Part shown: in pieces, positions 1 through 12,349 of the stretch
Numbering within the stretch: the stretch's first letter is position 1
How the letters are laid out: each line of letters begins with the position of its first letter
Source: Octopus sinensis
Lineage: Eukaryota
Direction: 5' to 3'
NCBI RefSeq assembly: GCF_006345805.1
Contig: NW_021834958.1
Coordinates: 1-45,353 of the forward strand
DNA: 45,353 nt
The notes under the pieces: generated by a model
Database searches by the model: none
Told to the model about the DNA's origin: nothing
The model's input: the letters and a program-made list of their open reading frames with translations, nothing else
Position numbers and translations under genes: made by a program

Positions 1-78
1 CGGGAAGATAAGACAGGTTTGTTAGAGGTTCGTATAAAGGGACTATAGTAATAAATAAGAGTTGAATGTTATAATAAG

Positions 79-320
79 TTTCTTTATTGGCCACACAGGG
101 CTGCACATAGATGGGACAAGTTAGAAGGTAGAGCTTTTCTTTTGGGGCAAAAAAAATAATAAAATATGGCGTAGGTTTTCGATCAAAAGGGATCGTAAAA
201 GTGAAAAAAGAACAAAAAAAAGAAAAAAAAGAAAAAAAGGAAAAAAGGGAAAAGGGCCAAAAGAAAGGAAAAATGAAAAAAGAAGACAAAAGAGGAAAAA
301 AGGGGAAGAGGAACAAAAAA
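79..320 (-). mobile_element. 5'-truncated non-LTR retro-insertion (3' UTR only) with 11-bp TSD
   Basis: GTTATAATAAG occurs at 68-78 and 321-331. The minus strand ends ttgtcccatctatgtgcagccctgtgtggccAATAAAgaaa after a T-rich tract. Clade not determinable from this fragment. Confidence 0.7.
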
Positions 321-769
321 GTTATAATAAGACGTAGGAATGGTCATGTTCATTCTCTTCTTATAACCTGGCCAAATATTATAACTTTGGTCGCTGTGGC
401 GAAAACTAGTAAAACAAGTGTATCTTTGATCGATATTTGATTTTAACTGAGGCTGAGTTTGTGTAACGTTCAATGATTCTCTACTATATCCTTCTCAGTC
501 ACGATTCTGAGAGACGCGGCTTGAACTGCCAATGGAAGTTATATGAGTCCATAAGAAATGAAATGTCGAGGGGTACGGGTTTTCGAAACGAAACATCTTC
601 AAGCACGCAATGTGTGATTTATTTACCGAGTCTCTCTGGTTCTGCTTCCGTTTTATGGCATGGACAATGTGAGGTCTGTTGTGCTTCACAACGTATGTAT
701 ATTTATACAAACATGGCATAAACATCTTCAGACAAACACAAACAAAAATATATACTAGATACATATAAG

Positions 770-1125
770 AGAAACACATATGTTTATATCCCGTACATGT
801 GTATACATCCGTATATATTATATATATATAATATATATATATATCTAATATGAATTTTATCTATGTATGCAGTTAAAATACACACACACATAATCTATAT
901 ATACATCTATGTATATATATATATGCATGTATATACATGTGTGGTGTACATATATGCATACATATCCATATATATAATACACACACACACCACACACACA
1001 CACACCCACACAACACAACATTATATATATAATATATACTATATATATATATATATGCATATATATATACATATACATATACATACATACAAATATATAT
1101 ATATATAGTATATGCATGCATTTCA
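770..1125. repeat. Compound (TA)n/(CA)n microsatellite
   Basis: Direct reading; explains the YI/HT ORFs here. Confidence 0.95.
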
Positions 1126-1211
1126 TGTACGTATTCCTCTTCTATTCTTTGACTTGCATTTTTATTACACAGCAGGAAGAAACATGAAGATTTTCAATGA
1201 AATTTACTCAC

Positions 1212-1263
1212 CCGGAATTCAATAACTTAGAAAAATACTTCGATGGATTCATTCTGTAAATAC
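1212..1263 (-). other. Candidate 52-nt exon
   Basis: Minus strand: pyrimidine tract plus ttgcAG acceptor and GTGAGT donor. Splice signals only, no homology support. Confidence 0.25.
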
Positions 1264-1753
1264 CTGCAAGGTACAAAACGGAGAAAAACAGACGACAAAT
1301 AAATCCAGCGAAATAACCTTGCTTTTATACTTTGTTTCCTAGATTCCTTCAAAGAAGACATTTTAAGATGCCTTAGAATTCTTTTAGAATAGATGTAAAC
1401 TCATTCCAATGGAATACAAATTGTATTTCCAGGCGTCCTTTTGTTGCTATTTATGGATTTCATTGATTCAATATGGTGACTGAAAGGATCAGAGGTACAA
1501 ACCTGTGCTAAGTGAACGTAAAGGATTGGCATTCATGAATAATGTTCTGACAGGCAACAGTGCTAAGTCCCTTCCTGTGTGGATACTGAAGTAAGTGCCG
1601 GCATACTTAATTAATCGAGATTATGGCAGTACTGGGGAGAGGCAAACGCTGTAGAACGCTGCTTAGCGAAACAAAATTCTAGGGTGAGAAAAGCAATTAC
1701 GAATATACACGGGCAAACAAAAGAGGCAAGCACACATATATATATGTTATGCG

Positions 1754-1849
<96 letters not shown>

Positions 1850-2315
1850 CACTCACACAGGCACACACAAACATTTACACACATACATCATGCATATATA
1901 TATATTGTTTAGTCAAACGTTTTGCAATATTATAGTAACTTATTTGCTTTGCTCGTTAAATTGCTACAATAGTAGCCAAGCATTCAAAGTAGAGACCGTC
2001 GTGTTGCATCGTCTGAACCCACCATTCTGCTAGCATTTGGATGTATATATATACACACACACACACACCCATATATATATATAACTCCAAGAAATTTAGA
2101 GGTTGTGAATCCAACCCACTAAAGGATAATATCTATCCAATATACTGCTGGTAGTACACCCAATTATTGATACACAAGTGTTTTTTATTGCATTGCAATT
2201 ACATTACCTAGTGTATTAAATGGGTGAAGGTAAAGAGATATTTTACCATTAATTTATATCGCAAATAAGAAAATGGAGAACAATAGGTGGTTCATCAACT
2301 TTTGGACATTATATT

Positions 2316-2486
2316 AACTTATTTATTTACTAAACTGACAATTACAAGAATATACATACATGTATACCATATTATGCTTTACATATAAAAATATCTTAAT
2401 ATATAAAGATACCAGTTATTATTAAAATATAACGTTATACATGTATGTATATTCTTGTAATTGTCATTTTAGTAAATAAATAAGTT
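2316..2486. repeat. Inverted repeat, 51-bp arms, 69-bp spacer
   Basis: 2316-2366 equals the reverse complement of 2436-2486 except for one mismatch. Confidence 0.9.
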
Positions 2487-2498
2487 GACATACATATA

Positions 2499-2730
2499 TG
2501 TGTGTGTGTCGTTGTGAGTGTGTATGTCGCCCAAAACCGCTTGATTCATGGTGTTGGCGTATTTACGCCCACGTAACTTAGCGGTTCGGCAAAAAAGACC
2601 AACTAGATAAATACCAGGCTTCAAACAATGCAATAAATAATGAAGACAATTCAGTCCACTGAAGCAAATTCTTCAAGGTAATGCCCCAGCATGGCCCCAG
2701 TCAATGAAACAACTAAAAGATAAAAGAGAA
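2499..2730 (+). mobile_element. SINE family A, degenerate 3' half
   Basis: cgtaacttagcggttcggcaaaa and cagcatggcc..cagtcaa..gaaac match the intact copies at 11428 and 25291. Confidence 0.75.
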
Positions 2731-3202
2731 AAGATGTAACCAAACAACAGTATATCTTTATGGGCAGATTATGTGTATTATTCCACCTAGCGCAGTCCGC
2801 ATGGCTGTGTATAGGTCCGCGTATTTGGAATAACAACGAAATTTTATGCAGCTGCAGTATTTGAAATCTGAGATATGGTTCATTAATTTGTTGTACTGAA
2901 TTCAATTGCTTGAATTGAAATAGTTTGGATATCATTAAAACTTGGCTCCGTTGATTTCCCTCGATATATACTCCATAACGATTCAGTCTTTAGAGAGGGA
3001 ACCAACTTCTGAACGTGTTATGCTATTCCCTAATTTGCGTTCAGAAATATTACTTATGTCAGGTCTCATGTTTTGCTAAATTTATATTCACGGCTATATA
3101 CGGAAACTGAAATACTAAAAGGAAGTAATTCATAGCTTTCTCGGATGTCCTTTGGGAGAAGAGCGTTATGTAATCTATATTTGACGTGGTTCGATAGAAC
3201 TA

Positions 3203-3213
3203 GTAATAATAAC

Positions 3214-3257
<44 letters not shown>

Positions 3258-3262
3258 TGATG

Positions 3263-3294
<32 letters not shown>

Positions 3295-3362
3295 GATGAT
3301 GATGATGTTGATGATGATGATGAAAAAATAAAATAATAATAATAATAATGATGATGATGATG

Positions 3363-3419
<57 letters not shown>

Positions 3420-3462
3420 CGATGATGATGATGATGCTGATGATGATGATGATGATGATAAA

Positions 3463-3519
<57 letters not shown>

Positions 3520-3620
3520 CATAATGATGATGTTGATGATGTTGATGATGATGATGATGATAAAAATAAAAAAAATATTATAAATAATAATAATAATAAT
3601 AATAATAATGATAATAATAA
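3203..3620. repeat. (AAT)n/(GAT)n compound microsatellite
   Basis: Direct reading. Confidence 0.95.
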
Positions 3621-4338
3621 AAAGAAAGTCTATTGCGAGTGAGGCGACAGATACACGAACAGAAAAGGGAAAAAATAGAGCATTATATTATTTGGAAATT
3701 GAATGATAAGATTTATCAAATTCGAAGCAAATTTTTAATATGAAATGCAATATCAATGTTAAAAATGACGTATTTATTTAATGTATAACAAAATGTGGTC
3801 GCTATTGATTTACAGACTATTAAGGTTTTCTGTTTTGCGGTATGAAAGTAAGCAAAAAGAAAAGAGAAAAGACACCCGGGAAAAGTAATAAGAGTAACAA
3901 TAAATAAAAATAAAATACATCAAACAAAGAAAGAAAAAAAGATTATTAGAAAACAGATAATAGAAATATATATTGTGAAAATATGATGAGCATTATATAC
4001 ATACATATGGAAATATATATGTATATATATATATATACATGTATATATATACATATATATACATACATATATATACATATATATATATACATATATATAT
4101 ATACATATATATATGTAAATATAGATATATATTTACGCACACAAAAATATATATATTTACACACATGTATAAATATTTATATGTATATACATATATGTGT
4201 GAGTATGTATATGTGTGTGTATGTGTGTATGCATATATTTGTGTGTGTATGTATGTATATGAATGTGTATATATGTATATATATATGTATATATATATGT
4301 GTGTGTATGTGTGTGTGTCTGTGTATAGCTATACGCAC

Positions 4339-4371
<33 letters not shown>

Positions 4372-4959
4372 ATATATATTAAAGATACTATATATATGAA
4401 TATATATTAAATATACTATATATATATGTATAAATATTATATATTATATATATTTTCTACATGTATTGTCAAAATAAATGAATAAATAAATAGATAAAAA
4501 TAAATATAAATAAAAGTTTAAAGCTGTGTATTGTCAAATATAAATATTGTTTTCTTTATCGGTTAAGAAATATGATATAAATTTTATGGAAACCCATGGA
4601 TATTATTATTATACTGAGAGACTCAAACAGCTGTCACATTCATTTGTCGATTTAAAAGTGATATAAATGCTAAAATAAATATCTGCTTTTTCTCTTCAAC
4701 TTTAGAACACCACGATTCAAATAAAACAGAACTGTTTTCCATTTTGTATTTTTTGTTGTCGCTTCAGAAAGGAAAAAAAAAAAAAAAATCATTGTTAGAA
4801 AACTCAAAGTTTATAATCGATTCAGAAGGTTTCGTTCTTTAGAATAACAAAGTTAATGTATGTATGCCTAGCAATTATGTTGTATGTGTAGGTACGTATT
4901 TAGCTACATGTCTGCACGTTTTGAGTTCGGGTTCTTCTATCGCTTTTTTATTTTATTTT

Positions 4960-5156
4960 ATTTTTTTTAATTGTTTTAGTAATTGGAGTGTGGCAATACT
5001 GGAGCCCTGTCTTGAAGGGTTTAGACACAGAAATCGATTCTAAAACCTATTTTTAAAATTCTGGTACTCAATCAATCGATTTCTTTTTCCGGGCCTCCAA
5101 GCTACAGTGGCGTAAAACAACCCGGTACCGGTTGTCAAACGGTTGTGGGGAACAAA

Positions 5157-5190
<34 letters not shown>

Positions 5191-5336
5191 CACACACATT
5201 CGACAGGCGTTTTTAAGTCTCCGCATACCAAATCCGCTCACAAAGTTTTGGCTGGCTCCAAAATGAAGTAGAAGACACGTGCGCCAGGGGCCACGCTGTG
5301 GGAGTGAATCCGAAATCAAGCCGTTGGGAAACAAAG
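4960..5336 (-). mobile_element. SINE family A, old diverged copy
   Basis: taccaaatccgctcacaa, gtagaagacac, an internal (CA)n and cggttgtcaa are colinear with family A. Confidence 0.7.
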
Positions 5337-5923
5337 GTGAAATTTAGGAAAGAAGGTGAAGATATAGCAACGGTGAAAGAACAACCAGTAAAGAGTCTGT
5401 AAAGATGATAAGACGCAAAGCAAAGCAAACGCATGATTTAGTGGAACAAGGGCTAAAGGCAATTGACAGAACAATATTACCAGGGAAATGAATCTACGGA
5501 TTAAAGTAGCGTCTGGGAACCCTAGAGAATCTCTGATCTGTAGGACATATCCATTTGAAAAAAAGAAATGCCCTTTGCAGACAGGTGCTGTGTAGTGCAT
5601 AGCGTAAGCCCTCAGATATACCGTAAAAGGTGTACAAAGGAACAGTGCTGATACGAAACCAGACAACGACGTACATTGCAAAAACAGTAAGTATAATAGA
5701 TGAAAGGATACATGAACATTGGTGGGAACTCTAGGACGAGAAAAGCTCATTAGTGTTATATGAGCATTCTAAATTAGAATACGGGAGCTCGGTGGATAAG
5801 AGAAATATTAGAATATTATCGACATAGAGAGGATACGACATTCAAACTTATTAAGAAAGGTACACGTATGAGAGAAAACAGACTGATCTTCAACAGAAAA
5901 CCGTGAATGGTGTAATATCTCAC

Positions 5924-5958
5924 CCAGTCCCATGCCACTACATTCAGTAACATGACGA
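5924..5958 (-). other. Candidate exon (35 nt, or start of a terminal exon)
   Basis: Minus strand: tttttcttctcattgtctttAG acceptor; GTGAGA donor 35 nt later. Confidence 0.25.
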
Positions 5959-6130
5959 CTAAAGACAATGAGAAGAAAAAATAAAGACATGTGTACAAAC
6001 AGTGTCATATACAAACCCATGTACACGCATACAGCACACATATACACATACTAAACACACATACATACACACATACATATACATATACATATACTCACAT
6101 ACTAATAGATATGTAAACGCATGCTCAGCG

Positions 6131-6731
6131 GAAAGGCAAAGTCGACCTCGGCGGAATTTGAACTCAGAACGTAGCAGCAGACGAAATACCTATTTCTTTA
6201 CTACCCACAAGGGGGATAAACACAGAGAGGACAAACAAGGACAGACAAACGGATTAAGTCAATCATATCGACCCCAGTGCGAAGCTGGTATTTAATTTAT
6301 CGACCCCGAAAGGATGAAAGGCAAAGTTGACCTCGGCGAAATTTGAACTCAGAAGGTAACGGCAGACGAAATACCTATTTCTTTACTACCCACAAGGGGG
6401 CTAAACACAGAGGAGACAAACAAAGACAGACAAACGGATTAAGTCAATTATATCGACCCCGAAAGATGAAAGGCAAAGTCGACCTCGGCGGAATTTGAAC
6501 TCAGAAGGTAACGGCAGACGAAATACCTATTTCTTTACTACAACAAGGGGGCTAAACACAGAGAGGACAAACAAAGACAGACAAACGGATTAAGTCAATT
6601 ATATCGACCCCAGTGCGTAACTGGTACTTAATTTATCGACCCCGAAAGGATGAAAGGCAAAGTCGACCTCGGCGGAATTTGAATTCAGAACATAGCGGCA
6701 GACGAAATACCGCTAAGCATTTCGCCCGACG
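6131..6731 (-). mobile_element. Head-to-tail array of four partial SINE family B (B2-tail) units
   Basis: Repeated gaaaggcaaagtcgacctcggcggaatttgaactcagaa; identical junction acgaaatac|ctatttctttac at 6190, 6375 and 6527. Confidence 0.9.
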
Positions 6732-7044
6732 GATATTAATAAAAAATATGTATATCTTTGGCAACTATGCTTTATATGTATGTGTGTATGTTTTAACAAT
6801 GCAGACGAACGTATTAGGTATATCAGTTCTTAGTTATATTTAATGATTTCAGGTGTGTAAACTCAACTAAACAATGATTGTAACTTTATCTTCTGAAAAA
6901 TCTCATTCATTGTCAAACAAACACCACAAAAAAAAAAAAAAAAGAGAAAAGAACTGAAAGAAAAAGCAGCAGATGCGAAATAATTAGGAATATGGCAAAT
7001 GTAATTTGGAAACTGCATGAATAATTAAATAAACATGACATTAC

Positions 7045-7074
7045 CTGTGATGAAATATAATCTGGAGGATGGAA
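7045..7074 (-). other. Candidate 30-nt (or 17-nt) micro-exon
   Basis: Minus strand: long T tract, AG at 7075-7076 (alternative at 7062-7063), donor CAG/GTAATG. Confidence 0.25.
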
Positions 7075-7219
7075 CTAATATATAAATAAACAAAAACCAA
7101 AAAAAAAAAAAAAGAAGCGAAAAACGAGGCGAAAACTTTTGGAAATGAAAAATTACAAACTCAGAATTAGCACTTTACAATAAATTGATTGATAGCAAAA
7201 CTCACCAGTCTGAGCAAAA

Positions 7220-7233
7220 CTACTACCACTATG

Positions 7234-7310
<77 letters not shown>

Positions 7311-7332
7311 ACTACTACTACTACTGCTGCTG

Positions 7333-7376
<44 letters not shown>

Positions 7377-7450
7377 GATGAAGATGACGACGATTATGAT
7401 AATGAGGATGATGGTACTACTATTAGTGCTGCTGCTGTTGTTGTTGTTGT
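7220..7450. repeat. (ACT)n/(GCT)n/(GAT)n trinucleotide tract
   Basis: Direct reading. Confidence 0.95.
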
Positions 7451-7608
7451 TAAGCAACAAGACGGGTAAGGGTGATTAGGTGATGGTCTAGGGCTTAGGG
7501 GTGGGAGACCCCAGACCTTGGAAAAAAAACAAAAACTTTCGTCGTCATGTTGTAGTCGAGGGCTCTTCGTTATATATTACTGAGAGAGTGGAAGAAGTGA
7601 ATATTTTG

Positions 7609-7777
7609 TAGGAGTGGTTGTGTGGTAAGTAGCTTGCTTACCAACTACATGGTTCCGGGTTCAGTCCCACTGCATGGTACCTTGAGCAAGTTCTTCTACT
7701 AAAGCATCGGGCCGACCAAAGTCTTGTGAGTGGATTTGGTAGACCGAAACTGAAAGAAGCCCGTCATATATATGTAT

Positions 7778-7825
<48 letters not shown>

Positions 7826-8019
7826 GTTTGTGTGTCCCCTCAACACCGCTTGATAACAGATGCTGGTGTGTTTACGTCCGCGTGACTTAGCGGTTCGGCA
7901 AAAGAGACTGATAGAATAAGTACTAGGCTAACAAAGAATAGGTCCTGGGGTCGATTTGGTCGACTAAAGGCAGTGCTCCAGCATGACCACAGTCAAATGC
8001 CTGAAACGAGTAAAAGAGA
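7609..8019 (+). mobile_element. SINE family A, near full length
   Basis: tRNA-like head (A box tggttgtgtgg, B box ggttcagtccc), ccttgagcaag core, internal microsatellite, gtaaaagag tail. Confidence 0.9.
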
Positions 8020-8252
8020 TATGGCTATGCATAACGCTTCTCGTTTTTAGCCATGACCTCATCGACATTTTGTTTTTAAATGAAAAGGAAAATGAAGCTT
8101 AAGTGGGAGATGTTGTCAACAAGTAAATAAAGATACGTCTGGTGATCGAAGGGTGGCAGTCGACGCAGGCGATTGACATTTCAAGGGGCTCTTGCATCTC
8201 TGGAATTTCTCAACTGATTCTAGAAATTATCCTCTATTCGGAAGATTGCATA

Positions 8253-8414
8253 TTCTTCTTCTTCTTCTTCTTCTTCTTCTTCTTCTTCTTCTTCTTCTTC
8301 TTCTTCTTCTTTTTCTTCTTCTTCTTCTTCTTCTTTTTCTTCTTCTTTTCTTCTTCTTCTTCTTCTTCTTCTTCTCCTCCTCCTCCTCCTCCTTCTTCCT
8401 CTTCATCATCATCG

Positions 8415-8461
<47 letters not shown>

Positions 8462-8603
8462 TTCTTCTTCTTCTTCTTCATCATCATCATCATAATCTTC
8501 TTCTTCTTCATCATCATCATCATAATCTTCTTCTTCTTCATCATAATCTTCTTCTTCTTCATCATCATCATCTTCGTCTTCTCCTCCTCCTCCTCCTCCT
8601 CCT
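8253..8603. repeat. (CTT)n/(CAT)n/(CCT)n tract
   Basis: Direct reading. Confidence 0.95.
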
Positions 8604-8604
8604 G

Positions 8605-8900
8605 GGCAAAATGGTTAACACACCGCGCAGAATCGTCAGCATGACGGACATAATCGTTAGCACGCCAGGCAAAATCGTTAGCAAATCGGACATAATCGTT
8701 AGCACGCCACACAGAATCGTTAGCACCCCTAGTGGAATCGTTAGCACACCGGACACAATCGTTAGCACGCCGGACAGAATCGTTAGCAAGTCGGACAGAA
8801 TCGTTAGCACACTGAACAGATTCGCAAGCACGCCACACAGAATCGTTAGTACGCCGGACAGAATCATTATCTCGGGCAGAATCTTTAGCGTGCCGGACAG
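8605..8900 (+). repeat. 21-bp minisatellite (~14 units) derived from the SINE B head
   Basis: Unit acagaatcgttagcacgccgg matches the SINE B 5' end gcagaaacgttagcacgcc; the last unit runs into the SINE body. Confidence 0.9.
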
Positions 8901-9068
8901 ATTGCTTAACAGTATTTTGCACACCTTTACGTTCTGAATTCAAATTCCGTTGAGGTCGACTTTGCCTTTCATTACTTCGGGGTCGAAAATTAAGCTGAGC
9001 ACAGGGGGTCGATGTAATCAATTCACTCCTTCCCGAAATTGCTGACCTCGTGCCAAAATTTGAAACTG
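8875..9068 (+). mobile_element. SINE family B (B1 tail)
   Basis: gttctgaattcaaattccgttgaggtcgactttgcctttc followed by the cgaaattgctgacctcgtgccaaaatttgaaac tail. Confidence 0.85.
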
Positions 9069-9708
9069 ATATCAAAAGATTGGAGACAGGAGTGGGTTAA
9101 AGAACCACAGAAAACAATTAGCGAAAACATGGTACAAGTTACCGAGCCATACTCATCTACAGGTGACAGCTGGGTCTTAAAATTAATATTTCACGGTGAA
9201 TAGAACAGCACAGTTCATACTTCTCACTGGTTTTCAAGGATTAAACTGATAACAGACAATGTCTGTTCAATTATAACTAATTGTAAATGACAATTCTAAA
9301 CCTTTCCCTCAAATCTCTGTTATCTACACGCTAAAATTAAATGAGTCGCTATACATGAAATTAAGTCTACTGTCAAATTAGCTTTGGAAACACCTGCTGC
9401 GGAATTGAATTGGTAATACTGAGGTTGTAATTGTATACCTAGAAAATAGTTGTATACGTCTCGAGATAAAGTTGATTAAGTATGTTGTATGAAATATAGT
9501 AAATGATTAGAAATGCTTTAAACGCATTTACAACGGTTTATCAGATGCTGGTTGCGTCCATGTCGCCTCGAGAGCATACAGATAGCATGTGACATGTTCT
9601 AAGGAATTTTATGCAAAAAAAAAAGCCTGATTTCTTATCGGCAGAATTATTATCATAATTAATACGATAATAATTATGACAAAAATTACTATTATTATGG
9701 TAATTCAA

Positions 9709-10050
9709 GGCGGCGAAGTGGAGGAGTCGTTAGCACGCCGAACGCAGTCCTTAGCGGCATTCCATCCGTGTTTATGTTCTGAGTTCAAATTCCACCGTGG
9801 TCGACTTTGCCTTTCATCCTTTCGGGGTCGATAAATTAAGTACCAGTGACGCACTGGGGTCGATATAATCGACTTAATCCGTTTGTCTGTCCTTGTTTGC
9901 CCTCTCTGTGTTTGGCCCCTTGAGGGTAGTAAAGAAATAGGCATTCCATCCGTGTTTACGTTCTGAGTTCAAATTCCACTGAGGTCGACTTCGCGTTTCG
10001 TCTTTTCGAGGCCGATAAAATAAGTACCAGTTGAGCGCTGTAATCGGCTG
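9709..10050 (+). mobile_element. Nested SINE B: B2-tail unit inside a B1-type host
   Basis: gcattccatccgtgttta at 9757-9774 and again at 9941-9958, directly after the B2 tail aaagaaatag. Confidence 0.85.
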
Positions 10051-10954
10051 ACCCCTTCACAAAATTGCAATAAAGAAAAGGTTTTTCTGGCATTTTCAGG
10101 TTGTCTTTCTTATTTAGTATATTTCTAAATAATATGCGATAGTATTTATATATGGTGTGTGTGATTGTGTGTGTGTGAGGATAGGAAACATGCTTTTCTG
10201 TATGTTTTTGTATTAAAGCGTCAGATTTATTCGTTCATTTGTTTTAACAGCCTTTCTTCCTTCCATGTTTATCTTCATCTTTTCTGATTTTATTCCCTTT
10301 AGCATGAAAAATCATTTCTAACATATTGTTTTGTGTTGTATTTTGCAGCTCTATTCTCCTTCTACAACTTTTGCTTATTGTTCTTAAAATTTGAATATGT
10401 TTTACCATTTTTTAAATTCAGATATGTGACTATAAGTGATAGTGGTGTTGGGGGCAAGTATAAAATACGAACGAATTTATCTCACAATCCAACAGTTTCG
10501 CATGGTCTGCGAGAAAATATTGATGACCCTGAGAGAACTGAGATAAATTTTCTCCCAGGCCAATCTCAACAGAAACCAGGGGCACTTGTTAAGAATGAGC
10601 ATAATATATTTTCCAGAAATATAGTCACACAAATATCAATAATTAGACATATATATGACCAAAATTAGTGTAAATATTCTCCTGAAGAAACCATTAAAAC
10701 ATCTCAAAGAGTATTTAATAGGAAAACCAACCAAAAACCAAAAAGAAAGCAAATATTTTATATTTGAATAAGAAATTAATTTTAGTTTAAGCTTTGAAAT
10801 TTATAATTTAATCATCTGAAATCTCTGACCGGAAATAAATAATGTTACAAGCAAAAAAATATATAATTATTGATGAAATATAAAATAACAATAACCGACT
10901 TAGTTGATATCTTAAGCTAAGAACAACAACACTATTATCACCGCAACCACCACC

Positions 10955-10985
<31 letters not shown>

Positions 10986-11427
10986 CAACAACAACAATAA
11001 AGGTAATATTGATAATAATGATGATGGTGATGATGATGATGATGGTTATGGTGAGGATGATAACAATACGAAATTGTGTTTCTGGTATCATCAATATTGT
11101 TTAAACAAAGACAGAGCAGTCAACAACAATAAGTCTGGACAATCAGTGGAAACATGAATGGTAAATTAACACCTACGCTTTTTTTTTGGAACCGCTAACA
11201 TAATCTTTAATAAAACGTTAGCAGCAAATTTAGTAAAAACTGACAACGCAAACTTTCGGTGGCCATAAGCAACAGTTTTGTTAGACATACAAAAGGAACT
11301 GAAAAAAGCCTCGCGTCTGTTACTAGAAATACGAAAAAATAAATTTAGTAAAATTTGTAATATTACATTTAAATTTAAATAAAGATTGGTACTACTGCTA
11401 TTACCTTTATTAATTTTAATAATAATA

Positions 11428-11589
11428 GGCGCAGGAGTGGCTGTGTGGTAAGTAGCTTGCTTACCAACCACATGGTTCTGGGTTCAGTTCCACTGCGTGG
11501 AACCTTGGGCAAGTGTCTTCTACTATAGCCTCGGGCCGACAAAAGCCTTGTGAGTGGATTTGATAGACGGAAACTGAAAGAAGCCCGTC

Positions 11590-11630
<41 letters not shown>

Positions 11631-11774
11631 ATTATATAGAAGGAGCTTCTACAGGACTAGAACTGTTTCATTCAAGAGAAATCTTCAGGAAGCTAGTTAA
11701 CAAGAATTGTATTGGCATTTATACATTTAGGCAGGTTTAAAGGGGTGTTGGTGGGGGACACACAAAGACACGCA

Positions 11775-11826
<52 letters not shown>

Positions 11827-12052
11827 TGCGTGTGTTTGTGTGTCCGTGTTTGTCCCCCTAGCATTGCTTGACAACCGATGCTGGTGTGTTTATGTCCCCG
11901 TTACTTAGCAGTTCGGCAAAAGAGACCGATAGAATAAGTACTGGGCTTACAAAAGAATAAGTCCCGGGGTCGAGTTGCTCGATTAAAGGCGGTGCTCCAG
12001 CATGGCCGCAGTCAAATGACTGAAACAAGTAAAAGAGTAAAAGAGTAAGAGT
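11428..12052 (+). mobile_element. SINE family A, full length, interrupted in its internal (TA)n
   Basis: Head ggcgcaggagtggctgtgtggtaag and tail gtaaaagagtaaaagag; foreign segment at ~11627-11760. Confidence 0.92.
11644..11694 (-). ncRNA. Type I hammerhead ribozyme fold
   Basis: Minus strand: AGCUUC CUGAAGA U UUC-ucuu-GAA U GAAA CAG-uucuaguc-CUG UA GAAGCU. Stems I, II and III pair; GUA cleavage triplet. Confidence 0.8.
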
Positions 12053-12115
12053 AATGTCAATATTGTTTCAATTTAAATGCAATTTTATTGAAACAATGCA
12101 GGAATTTTAACAATG

Positions 12116-12326
12116 ATTTCAATATTTGGTACAAAGTCAGTAATTTCGGTGGAGGAATGTAATCGGGTTATATCGACTCCGTTGCTCCACTGGTGCTTAT
12201 CTTGTCAACCCCGAAAGGATGAAAGGCAAAATCGCCCTGGGCGGAATTTGAGCTCAGAACGTGGAGACTGACGAAATATTGCTAAGCATTCTGCCCGGAT
12301 GCTAATGATTCTACCAGCTCGCTCAC
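12116..12326 (-). mobile_element. SINE family B (B1 tail), diverged
   Basis: ccccgaaaggatgaaaggcaaa..ggcggaatttgagctcagaacg..ccagctcgc. Confidence 0.85.
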
Positions 12327-12349
12327 TTAGTTGGAATTTTAACAATAAT

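Noticed and set aside
8605-8900. CRISPR-like periodicity and the 282-aa ORF over it
   Set aside because: Contiguous 21-bp units without spacers, derived from a SINE head; no cas genes; eukaryotic context.
10333-10668. 111-aa plus-strand ORF with a possible acceptor at ~10421
   Set aside because: No recognisable domain and no partner exons; could be chance, so not called.
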